A stretch of 64,000 nucleotides of DNA from Promethearchaeota archaeon (lineage in GTDB: Archaea; Asgardarchaeota; Lokiarchaeia; Sigyniarchaeales; SOKP01): positions 116,725 through 180,724 of the forward strand of contig JBHLNF010000008.1 in NCBI GenBank assembly GCA_048937405.1, in the 5' to 3' direction. This document shows, piece after piece, positions 1-8,939 of the stretch. The position numbers were made by a program, and so were the translations under genes. Within the stretch, counting starts at the first letter, position 1. Every line of letters begins with the position of its first letter. A model generated the notes under the pieces. The model had not been told where the DNA came from and made no database searches. It saw nothing but the letters and a program-made list of their open reading frames with translations.

Positions 1-64
1 CAATTAATTCTCTTTACCAAAAATTGAAAAAACTAAAACAAGAATTATTTGATTTATAATAGCT

Positions 65-307
65 TTAGATTATATCTGTAAGATCTAAATCTTGTTCTTC
101 CGCAAGTTCCTTCCATTGTTCTATTGCAACTAATGCATCTTTTTCGTCCATCATCTCAATAGCATAACCAGCATGAACAACTACATACTTTCCTATTTCA
201 GGATTTTGTATTAATGCAATAATTACATTTTGTTTAATCCCATCAAAATCTACTAAGGCAGAATTCTGATCGATTTCTAAGATCTTTCCTGGAATTGCTA
301 AACACAT
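65..307 (-). CDS. hypC: [NiFe] hydrogenase maturation chaperone HypC
   Basis: N-terminal MCLAIPGKI and YVVVHAGYAI motifs; 80 aa. Confidence 0.97.
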   Translation of the reverse strand: MCLAIPGKILEIDQNSALVDFDGIKQNVIIALIQNPEIGKYVVVHAGYAIEMMDEKDALVAIEQWKELAEEQDLDLTDII

Positions 308-411
308 ATGAAATCTCTAAATAGAACGTAATAAGTAATTTCAATAATTGTTTTAAATAATTAAAATTATTCCTTTTCAAAATTAAATATTTTATGATTT
401 TTAAAAAATAA

Positions 412-1218
412 TTAATTTTTTGATGGTTTGCCTGAGTAAAAGTCGATTAAATCATCCAACCAATTGAAAATTTCCTCTTTATTCAAATTGTCAATATTAA
501 ACTTCAATCTCTCTAACTCTCTAACAATATTTTTGACATCTAAAGGAACTGATTTTTGACAGAGTTCAAACATAAACTCATTACTTTTAGATACTATAGA
601 TTTTATTTCAGTATCCATAGGGTCAAACATTGGCGTGTTATCGATTTCATCCACGCTTCTATCAAAATCTACAAGAAGATTTATTAAATCAAAAAGTCTT
701 CCTGTTTCATTTCCCTTAAATGCTTTGTTAAATTGAAAGTAGTATCCTTTGTAATCATCAATTGGGATTAATTCTGAATATTGATTAGCTATTTTAATTA
801 CAGATTTGAAATGTTTATAAAGATTTGATGGAGACCATGAATATATATCAAAACTCGTTTCTACTTCGTTACTTTGTATATCTAAATTAAATATATGTTC
901 ATCTTTAAAATAACCAAAGGGAATAATAACGAAATCTAATGAATTTGTAGGATTGTTTATCAAATTAAAAGTCAAATCATTAATTGTATATGTCTGATCA
1001 ATTGAATGTTTGTATAAATCAAACTTTACTTTTTTAATATCTGATTTGTACATATAGAATAACAATCCTTCAAATCCTTGAAGACTAAATTCTATTGAAA
1101 AATTGATTAGCTTTCTACTCTGCGTATTATTATTATTAAATCTTGCATTAAGAAACAGATGATAATAATTTTCAAGATGTTGAAAAAACCATGGAGCATC
1201 TCGCTTTAAATTAAACAT
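412..1218 (-). CDS. hypothetical protein
   Basis: 268 aa ORF, no recognised motif. Confidence 0.7.
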   Translation of the reverse strand: MFNLKRDAPWFFQHLENYYHLFLNARFNNNNTQSRKLINFSIEFSLQGFEGLLFYMYKSDIKKVKFDLYKHSIDQTYTINDLTFNLINNPTNSLDFVIIPFGYFKDEHIFNLDIQSNEVETSFDIYSWSPSNLYKHFKSVIKIANQYSELIPIDDYKGYYFQFNKAFKGNETGRLFDLINLLVDFDRSVDEIDNTPMFDPMDTEIKSIVSKSNEFMFELCQKSVPLDVKNIVRELERLKFNIDNLNKEEIFNWLDDLIDFYSGKPSKN

Positions 1219-1381
1219 AATTATTATAACTCCATTTTGTTTTTATTCTTTTAGTTAGATAATAAATTCTTAGATAAATACAAATAAAATATTCCAAATA
1301 ATTTAATGACTCTTTATTATATAAATCTTATAGCTATGGTATACTAAAAGAAGAAATACTCAGAAAACTAAATTAACTTAA

Positions 1382-1690
1382 TTAGTTAAAATATTCTTCA
1401 TCATGTTTTTTTTCTTTTTTTTTTTTAGAAGAGTCAAAAAATAAAGATTTTTTGAAATCAAACTCAATTTTTCGAAGGGTATCTTGTAGCTCTAAGGTAT
1501 CATAATCTTTCATAAGTAAATCTATCAGACCATTTTTTAAAGCCTCTAAATTATCGACTCCACATTTATAATAGACGTTATCTGGGTCTAAACTAATATT
1601 CAAAACTTCAAATAACCCATAAAGGGCATCTTTCACTTTATCGTAATAATCCCAAGGATCCTCATTCGAATCATCGTCTGAATCACACAT
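1382..1690 (-). CDS. hypothetical protein (acidic N-terminus, Lys-rich C-terminus)
   Basis: 102 aa ORF. Confidence 0.65.
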   Translation of the reverse strand: MCDSDDDSNEDPWDYYDKVKDALYGLFEVLNISLDPDNVYYKCGVDNLEALKNGLIDLLMKDYDTLELQDTLRKIEFDFKKSLFFDSSKKKKEKKHDEEYFN

Positions 1691-1903
1691 ATTTTATCAA
1701 TAAGGTTGAGTTGTAAATGCTATATAAAAATTTTTCGAAAATATTAAAAGATACATATTTAAATCCTTTTTGAAAAGAAATTTAAATTTACCTTAAATCA
1801 AATTAAAAGTGTAAATTCATGGCTTTTAAATTAAGAAAATTACCTAGATATCAAAATGAAAAGTATAAAATATAAAAAAATAAAAAAAATTTTAGATATT
1901 AGC

Positions 1904-2785
1904 TTAAAGATTTTCAATAGCTGTATTTCTTCTAGTTCGATGGTTTTTTAAACCAATTTCCTCAGAACTTACACCCATTGCTAAAGCTAACAATTCAGTT
2001 ACATATAATACTGGAATATTATATTCAGATTCAAATTTCTTTGAAAGATTTCGCTGTTCACCATCTAATCGTTGAAAACACGCTGGACAGTTTACAACAA
2101 TACAATTAGCGCCAGCTTTTTTAATCGAATCAAGTTTTTGTTTCAATATTGCATCTCCATGTTCTGGATAAGGTCCAGCAACAGCATTTCCACAACAAAG
2201 TCCCAATTCTTCGTAATCAACCACATTAGCTCCCGAAGCAGCGACAATTTCTTTCAAATTTTTTGGACGTAGAGGATCATCAGAATCCATCCATTCAACA
2301 GGTCTCATGTAATGACAACCTGGGTGACAAGCAACCTTTAGATTACTCATTTGCTTTGTAATTCCACCTTTTATTGCATCTAATTTTGATAATAAAACAT
2401 CAACAAAATGCTTTACATCAATGGAACCTTTATATTCCTTTCCAATCTTAGCCAATTCTTTGTTAATGGCTTCTTTTTTATTGGAATCATGCTTTAATTG
2501 ATGCTGTACTCCACGAAGTGTATTAGTACAACCATTGCAGAGTGAAATTATATCTTTACCTTCAGCTTCGGCCAAACATAAATTTCGGGCACCTAAAGCT
2601 AACCAAGTGGTATTATCAAAACTTTTTACTCCAGTAGGATCTGGACAACATGCAAAAGGAGCTTGTGAAGTTTGAACTCCAATTTTATCTAAAACTTTTC
2701 TAGAAGCTGCTTCAATAAATGGAATTCTGTTTCCAATAGTACAACCTTCAAACATTTTATATTCTGCCATTTTGTTTTCCTCCAT
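1904..2785 (-). CDS. hdrB: heterodisulfide reductase subunit B-like (two CCG domains)
   Basis: FEGC...ACCPDP...LCNGC, CHPGCH, LCCG, NCPAC and YVTELLALAMG motifs; follows hdrC. Confidence 0.92.
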   Translation of the reverse strand: MEENKMAEYKMFEGCTIGNRIPFIEAASRKVLDKIGVQTSQAPFACCPDPTGVKSFDNTTWLALGARNLCLAEAEGKDIISLCNGCTNTLRGVQHQLKHDSNKKEAINKELAKIGKEYKGSIDVKHFVDVLLSKLDAIKGGITKQMSNLKVACHPGCHYMRPVEWMDSDDPLRPKNLKEIVAASGANVVDYEELGLCCGNAVAGPYPEHGDAILKQKLDSIKKAGANCIVVNCPACFQRLDGEQRNLSKKFESEYNIPVLYVTELLALAMGVSSEEIGLKNHRTRRNTAIENL

Positions 2786-3318
2786 TATAATTTTTTATCA
2801 GCACCTACTGCTTTTAATAAAGTTTGAATTTCATTAACATCTGGTTCAACAACACTTGGTAAGCCTAATTGCTCACGTCTTCTCTCGATAGCTGGTTGAG
2901 ATGGAATTGCTTTCCCACTTTCAAATACTGTTTTTGCTTGAGCTACAATATTATCAGGTGCCAATCCAGCTCCTGTTGTAACGTTTTTTGCTAATGTTAT
3001 TATTTCCGTAACTTCAATCGCCTGAGGACAAACTGTATCACAAGTATCGCACACTGTACAACCCCATGGTATGATTGCAGATTTTGTACCTGCTAACATC
3101 ATTACTACATCTTTATATCCTAAAAGAGTTCCTAAAACAATTAATCTAGGATCAAAAACATTTTCATAAAAAGGATTAGCTACAGAAGCGACAGGACAGT
3201 TATCCGTACATCTATTACATTGATAGCAGTATTTGATTTTATCAGATCCAATATGAACATCCATTATTAATTTCCTAAATTCAAAATCTATACCTACCGG
3301 TAATGCCATTTTTTTCAC
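2785..3318 (-). CDS. hdrC: heterodisulfide reductase subunit C-like (2x[4Fe-4S])
   Basis: CYQCNRCTDNCP and WGCTVCDTCDTVCP; RREQLGLP C-terminal motif. Confidence 0.9.
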   Translation of the reverse strand: MKKMALPVGIDFEFRKLIMDVHIGSDKIKYCYQCNRCTDNCPVASVANPFYENVFDPRLIVLGTLLGYKDVVMMLAGTKSAIIPWGCTVCDTCDTVCPQAIEVTEIITLAKNVTTGAGLAPDNIVAQAKTVFESGKAIPSQPAIERRREQLGLPSVVEPDVNEIQTLLKAVGADKKL

Positions 3319-3386
3319 GTTTTTTTTTGAGTTATTTTCATTTCATTTTTACTTAATTTTTATTGGTTTTAACCCATGCAAGGGCA

Positions 3387-3423
3387 GTCATATCCAATCT
3401 ATTATTTTTATTGGATAGTTCAT
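3387..3423 (-). promoter_or_regulatory. eukaryote-type SECIS element of vhuU
   Basis: Minus strand reads AUGA-AC-UAUCCAAU-AAAAAUAAUAG-AUUGGAUA-UGAC: AUGA/GA core, 8-bp helix and apical A-run, about 80 nt 3' of the in-frame UGA. Confidence 0.85.
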
Positions 3424-3569
3424 CCTAAACCAACATTTAGCTCACGAGAGTAAATTTCTTTACCCCTCTCATCAACAACAGTGATGTGAGCGGCACATGA
3501 TAGTCAACAATCATAACAACGAACTATCATTTCTAAGACATTTACTACTCCTTCTGGTATATCACTCAT
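3420..3569 (-). CDS. vhuU: selenoprotein VhuU, the separately encoded C-terminal Ni-binding peptide of the [NiFeSe] hydrogenase large subunit (49 aa, Sec22)
   Basis: Hand translation MSDIPEGVVNVLEMIVRCYDC-U(TGA 3506-3504)-LSCAAHITVVDERGKEIYSRELNVGLG*; supplies the L2 motif missing from upstream VhuA; absent from the ORF track. Confidence 0.93.
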
Positions 3570-3606
3570 TTTTTTTATTCACACTCTATATTAATTTTGA
3601 ATTAGT

Positions 3607-4914
3607 CTATTTAATCCATGGATCTGGTAATTTTAATCCATCCAAAGCTTTATCTTCAAATACTTGTTTCGCGGAGTGCATTAAGGACTTTTCGATTCCT
3701 GCGATGTTATGATTAGTAGCTACTAAAAGATTCAGTTTCTTACAAATACCTTGAGCATCGGACCAAATGTTATATAGGAGAAGACCTCGTGGAGCTTCTG
3801 TAACTCCAACACCATTTCCTTCTCTTGGTTGGACATCGAGTGTTTTGCAGTCAGGATTCACAATATCAGGATCTTTGAGTAATGTAGCAATCATCTCAAT
3901 TGATTCTACCATTTCAATTATTCTCGCCCAGTGATATGCAAAAGTATGATGAATTACATTTGTTCCTATCTTTTCTCTCATTGCCTTTAATGCTGCATCA
4001 GCTAATGGCGTAGCCATTTTATCAGCACAATTAATCATTGCTAAAGTATTCGCACGATAAATACCCTCAGGGTATCCTGCTGGCTTATAGTACATATGAG
4101 TAGCATAAGAATGCTTAGGAATGTGTTCTCCAAGTGCTTCCAGATAATTCTGAGGTTTATAATCAAATTTTTCTCCGGTTGGAGATACAATTCTGATATC
4201 ACCGTCATAAATATCATGAACACCATTTTTAGTTAATCCTACATAATAAGTAGGTACCACAGCAACATTAGCTACAACATCCCAATAATCCTCAACTACT
4301 TTTAAAGCTATCTCAACTGTTTTCTTTGTAAATTCTATTTGTTCATCAATTACTTTTAAGAATTTGTCACGCACATCTTCATCTAAAGGCTTTTTCATCC
4401 CTCCAACTATAGCAGCTATTGGATGAACAGCTTTGCCACCAACTGCAGCACATAATTTCTGACCGAAATCCATCATCTTTAATGCCATAGCTCCAACATC
4501 AGGCATTTTATTAATTACATGAACGACATTTCTTAAAGCTGGATCTGCAAAAGGTCCTAATAAGAAATCAGGAGCTGCAAGAGCATAGAAATGAATCACG
4601 TGCGATGAATATTGTTTTGCATTTATTAATAATTGACGCAATTTATATGCGGGAGTAGGAATCTGAACACCCCAAGCATCTTCTACAGCCTTAGTGGGTG
4701 TTAAATGATGTGGAATTGGACAAATACCACAAATTCTTGGAGTAATTCGAGGTACATGTTCGCAATAACGTCCCTCAACAAATTTCTCAAAAAATCTTGT
4801 TGACTGAATATTGAACTGAACATCCTTTACTGTACCATCATCCCCAAGTACTATTCTCAACCCACCATGACCTTCTAATCGAGTAACAGGTTCTACTTCT
4901 ATTTCTTTCACCAT
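3607..4914 (-). CDS. vhuA: F420-non-reducing (group 3c) [NiFe(Se)] hydrogenase large subunit, split form lacking the C-terminal CxxC
   Basis: EPVTRLEGHG, RICGICPIPH (L1), EAPRGLL and ATNHN; ends PDPWIK without DPCxxCxxH. Confidence 0.93.
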   Translation of the reverse strand: MVKEIEVEPVTRLEGHGGLRIVLGDDGTVKDVQFNIQSTRFFEKFVEGRYCEHVPRITPRICGICPIPHHLTPTKAVEDAWGVQIPTPAYKLRQLLINAKQYSSHVIHFYALAAPDFLLGPFADPALRNVVHVINKMPDVGAMALKMMDFGQKLCAAVGGKAVHPIAAIVGGMKKPLDEDVRDKFLKVIDEQIEFTKKTVEIALKVVEDYWDVVANVAVVPTYYVGLTKNGVHDIYDGDIRIVSPTGEKFDYKPQNYLEALGEHIPKHSYATHMYYKPAGYPEGIYRANTLAMINCADKMATPLADAALKAMREKIGTNVIHHTFAYHWARIIEMVESIEMIATLLKDPDIVNPDCKTLDVQPREGNGVGVTEAPRGLLLYNIWSDAQGICKKLNLLVATNHNIAGIEKSLMHSAKQVFEDKALDGLKLPDPWIK

Positions 4915-4916
4915 TA

Positions 4917-6242
4917 TTACATACCTCCTTTTCTTGATGCTAATGTAAATTTTTCAAACGTACCAACAGGATCTTTAACTTGGGAAAGTAATTCCTCTTT
5001 CGATAAACTTACGTTAAATCCCTTTAGTACTGTATCAGCAAACCTCTCTGCTTGATTAACACCCCATTTGGTTTGACCATAACAGCCTGAACATGGAGCA
5101 TTAACTTTAATGCATAAGGCACCACAGCCAGCTTGAGTTACAGGACCCATACAAATATAACCTTGTTCAAGTAAACAATCTTCCATATTTGGTAGTCCTT
5201 CATAATCTCGTTTAACTCTTGTCATTGTAGATTTACTTCCAATGATTCTTGGACATGTATCACAGACATTTGATATTTCATGGAAATCGGGATTATCTCT
5301 TAAAAAGCTCATTAAATTCGAAGCAATTTCCTCAGTTGTAGGGGGAAGATTTGCTAATTGTGTCTCTGGTGCACCACGTTTCTTTATTTGTTTTATAATA
5401 TCACCAGCAAGATCAAAACCAGCCATTAAAGGAAGATTTAAAAACAGGGGTAAAAATTCAAAAATACTCTTTTTATCTCCTGAACTTATGGCTCCAAGAT
5501 TTTTTGTCATACTATTTAATTTTTCAGCTCTGACACCCACAGTTTTAGCTGGTCCCATACAACCTAAACATGGAGATCCATTATTTGGACATTTCATTGA
5601 ACATCCCATGCTTGTAATTGGTCCAAAACACAATTTACCTGCATCTAATAGACATCCAGATTGATTTAACGCACAATCATTACAAAATGCCAAATTATTC
5701 ATAGGGAATGGCTTTTGCCCGAGTAAAAACCCAATTGCACTATATATTTGTTGTGATTTTGGAGGACAACCAGATATATATGCATCCACTTTGATTACCC
5801 TATCTACGGGTACAATCTTAGATTCAAAACCAGGAACATGTTCCGTTGGTTCTCCACCACTTTCATCTGCAATACTCTCTACTTGTGAGAATTTCCTGTC
5901 AATTAATTCTTGTATATCCCATTGGTTAGCTAATCCATGCACATTTCCATAACATGAACAACTACCAAAAGCTACAATAATAGCACATTTTTGACGCATT
6001 AGCTTTGTACCTTCAACATCTTGTTTAGTTCGAAGGCTTCCTTCTATGAATCCAACGACAATTTCACCGTCTTCTCTAGCTTCCAATGAATCATACTTGA
6101 AATCGACTACTGCTGGCCAATAGACAATCTCTAACGCGGGCAAGACTGGCAAAAGGGCTAAATGTAAGTCAACTAAACTCTGATGACAGCCCCAACAGTC
6201 ACTATTTTGCCAAAATGCGACCTTAACAGGTATAGAGATCAC
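4917..6242 (-). CDS. vhuG: F420-non-reducing hydrogenase small subunit VhuG/MvhG, extended with a duplicated Fe-S module
   Basis: DCWGC, FIEGS, AFGSCSCYG and ISGCPP; two copies of CxxC...CLL.QG..C.GP.T..GC...C......C.GC.G; start may be at 6233. Confidence 0.9.
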   Translation of the reverse strand: MISIPVKVAFWQNSDCWGCHQSLVDLHLALLPVLPALEIVYWPAVVDFKYDSLEAREDGEIVVGFIEGSLRTKQDVEGTKLMRQKCAIIVAFGSCSCYGNVHGLANQWDIQELIDRKFSQVESIADESGGEPTEHVPGFESKIVPVDRVIKVDAYISGCPPKSQQIYSAIGFLLGQKPFPMNNLAFCNDCALNQSGCLLDAGKLCFGPITSMGCSMKCPNNGSPCLGCMGPAKTVGVRAEKLNSMTKNLGAISSGDKKSIFEFLPLFLNLPLMAGFDLAGDIIKQIKKRGAPETQLANLPPTTEEIASNLMSFLRDNPDFHEISNVCDTCPRIIGSKSTMTRVKRDYEGLPNMEDCLLEQGYICMGPVTQAGCGALCIKVNAPCSGCYGQTKWGVNQAERFADTVLKGFNVSLSKEELLSQVKDPVGTFEKFTLASRKGGM

Positions 6243-7082
6243 CTCTTTTAATTTTAGCAGTTTTTACAGCCATTTTATTTTTCACTTTTGTTGTTTTTTT
6301 TGATTTTAAACTAGCTAATTTGTAATAAAAATAATTAGTTGAGATAGTTTATTCATAACTTTATTAAAAATTTCTGATTAAGTTTATATTTAGACAGATT
6401 TATTTAAATTCAAGTTTATGAATAAATATTCAAAATACTCAACACGTTAATTTGAATCATTTTTTTAAACACAAAATTGATAGCAGGTTTTATTAAGAAA
6501 ATAATGTTTTTCTGTTAAATTATGATAAAAATATCCACTAATTTTATTATTTTTTAAAAATATATTTCTTATTTTCATTTAATATTGTTTAACTATCAAG
6601 AATTAGCAAAAAATACAGTAGCTTTTTATTATGAAAAGATTTCAAATTTAATTATTCAAAACAGAGATATCAAATTTAATAATAATGAATATTTTAAAAC
6701 TCATTTAGGATTTTCATTTATATTTTAATATCGAATGATTATTCAGAAAACTAAAATATAAAAACAAGTTGGATAAATGTTGTAGATATTATAAATACGT
6801 TGAATTGCTCCGATGATGTCTATCCATATCCAGATGTAAAAAGTAAAAGAAAAAAGATTCAAAATGTAATCCATTTGACATATAGAGCTGTTGTTGTTTT
6901 AAAAAAAGAATTAATCAAACTTATTATGATTAATATTTCTTTTGAAAACGTTGATAGCTGAAATAGCGTTGAAGAATTGAATGATAATGCCACAAATCCT
7001 TTAATTATTAAGAATTAAAGGTTTGGATTCTGAAATTTTTAACATATGATTTAAGAATAAAGATTACTAATAAACTAGGGAC

Positions 7083-7646
7083 TTAAAATGAACCGCAACC
7101 TTTACACTTTCCATCTAAATATGCTGCACAATCATAACATATATTCCCACATTTTTCTTCTTGACTTTCTTGGCTGAATAAATTAATTGGTAAAAACTTA
7201 GGATTGATGAGATCCGATACAAATATTATTGCAGAGTGAAGTATTCCTTTTTTATTCGTAGGGCCGCAATAATTGATATATCGATGTAAAACATCTACAT
7301 TTTGCCCGATTATTCCTAATATCAAATTATATTGACCCGTAACTTGTGCCAGAAGAAAAACTCTTGGACATTCTGAATAAGCTTCAATTATATTTTGTAC
7401 TTCCTCATAGTTTTTCATTTCAATCAAGATAAAAAGAGCTTTAAATTTTAGCTTGTTAATATTTAAGTTAGCTTGAACTTTGAGTACTTCAGATTCTTCT
7501 AATTTAGAAATTCGTTTAGCAATACCGGTATGACTCATAGTTTCATTACCAAATTTATAAATGACTTTTTCTAAAGTTGTTAGGCTTTGACGACCTTCTT
7601 TAAACAATTCAGCTATAATTTGTCTATCAACATTATCTATTAGCAT
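7083..7646 (-). CDS. Lrp/AsnC family transcriptional regulator with C-terminal Cys-rich motif
   Basis: IDNVDRQII HTH, RISKLE, VTGQYNLI RAM domain and CGNICYDC...CKGC tail. Confidence 0.9.
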   Translation of the reverse strand: MLIDNVDRQIIAELFKEGRQSLTTLEKVIYKFGNETMSHTGIAKRISKLEESEVLKVQANLNINKLKFKALFILIEMKNYEEVQNIIEAYSECPRVFLLAQVTGQYNLILGIIGQNVDVLHRYINYCGPTNKKGILHSAIIFVSDLINPKFLPINLFSQESQEEKCGNICYDCAAYLDGKCKGCGSF

Positions 7647-8051
7647 TTTTTCTAATTGATATTAATTTTTTTAATTATAACGTTATTTCTAGTTTTTAAA
7701 ATTTGTCGATTATAAAAATTCAGTTAACCTATATATCTAATAAAAAATTTTACATATTCCACTTTTATATTAACATATCCATCGCTTCTTAAACTTTCTT
7801 GAAATAACTCTGCAATATATTGTTTGTATTGATTACTATTAATGATTAATAATAATTTTCATAACTTCATCTAAAAATTTTGTATTCCATTGTCAATTTC
7901 TATTTTCACACAAAATTTCAGCTTTCAATTTGAAATCTTTTATGGATTTTTGTTGTAGAATGAAACTGGAAAGTAATAAACTGTTTAAACCTTCCTGAAT
8001 CCTTATAAGGAATCAATTTCTATTTATATAATCATTTCTAATAATATAATT

Positions 8052-8615
8052 ATGCCTTTAGATCAAATTGATAAACAGATTCTAAAATTGTTATTTGAAA
8101 ATGGTCGAGAAAGCCTAAGCTCTTTGAGTATAAACGTTTTAAAATCAAACAAAGAATCAATGAGTCATGCAGGTATTGCAAAACGAATTTCAAAATTGGA
8201 AGATGAACTTATACTTAAGATACAAGGTAATATTGGAATTAATAATTTAAACTATTTTGCTGCATTTATCTTGATTGAAATGAAAAATTATGAGGAACTA
8301 CAAAATATAATTGAAGCATATTCAGAATGTCCAAGAGTTTTTCTGCTGGCTCAAGTTACGGGTCAATATAATTTGATATTTGGAATTATCGGGCAAGATA
8401 TGGATATTTTGCATCGATATATCAATTATTGCGGCCCTACGAATAAAAAAGGAATACTTCACTCTGCAATAATATTTGTATCGGATCTCATCAATCCTAA
8501 GTTTTTACCAATTAATTTATTCGGCCAAGAAAGTCAGGAAGAAAAATGTGGGAATATATGTTGTGATTGTGCAGCATTTATCGATGGAAAGTGTAGAGGA
8601 TGTGGTAACTTTTAA
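8052..8615 (+). CDS. Lrp/AsnC family transcriptional regulator with C-terminal Cys-rich motif (paralogue of 7083..7646)
   Basis: LDQIDKQIL HTH; C-terminal half almost identical to the divergent copy; CGNICCDC...CRGC. Confidence 0.9.
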   Translation: MPLDQIDKQILKLLFENGRESLSSLSINVLKSNKESMSHAGIAKRISKLEDELILKIQGNIGINNLNYFAAFILIEMKNYEELQNIIEAYSECPRVFLLAQVTGQYNLIFGIIGQDMDILHRYINYCGPTNKKGILHSAIIFVSDLINPKFLPINLFGQESQEEKCGNICCDCAAFIDGKCRGCGNF

Positions 8616-8939
8616 GGTCAAAACTATATATTAGTTAATATAACATCAACTAACTATATTTGGGTATTTCTTTCTTTAACCTCAATATAAGAATAAGAGT
8701 TAGGATTTTTGTATGTGAGTTCATACTCTTTAGGACAAATTTAATAATAATAAAATTGTGAAATCTTTGTTTCACATTTAAACTTTATTTACTAGATTGT
8801 TATAATTTGAAACAAGACCTATTTCTGAAGTTTAAATTATCCAGTTTAAGTAATGCTTATAAGTAAGCTATTTTTTTTAAGTTTAAACTAATTTATTTAA
8901 AAAAAATAAATACCTTTAAATTTAAAAGTGATTTAGAAC

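Larger units (their letters stand above)
7083..8615. repeat. about 340-bp near-identical inverted repeat formed by the 3' halves of the two asnC paralogues (about 7090-7433 and 8265-8608)
   Basis: Long identical tracts such as TATTCAGAATGTCCAAGAGTTTTTCT and CATCGATATATCAATTATTGCGGCCCTACGAATAAAAAAGGAATACTTCACTCTGC occur in opposite orientation. Confidence 0.85.

Noticed and set aside
3497-3712. 71-aa plus-strand ORF
   Set aside because: It is the antisense shadow of vhuA/vhuU.
6243-7082. Long intergenic region with protein-like fragments (about 6770-7040), and similar fragments at about 7740-7960
   Set aside because: They contain multiple stops and match no family I recognise; they may be decayed genes but I cannot support a call.
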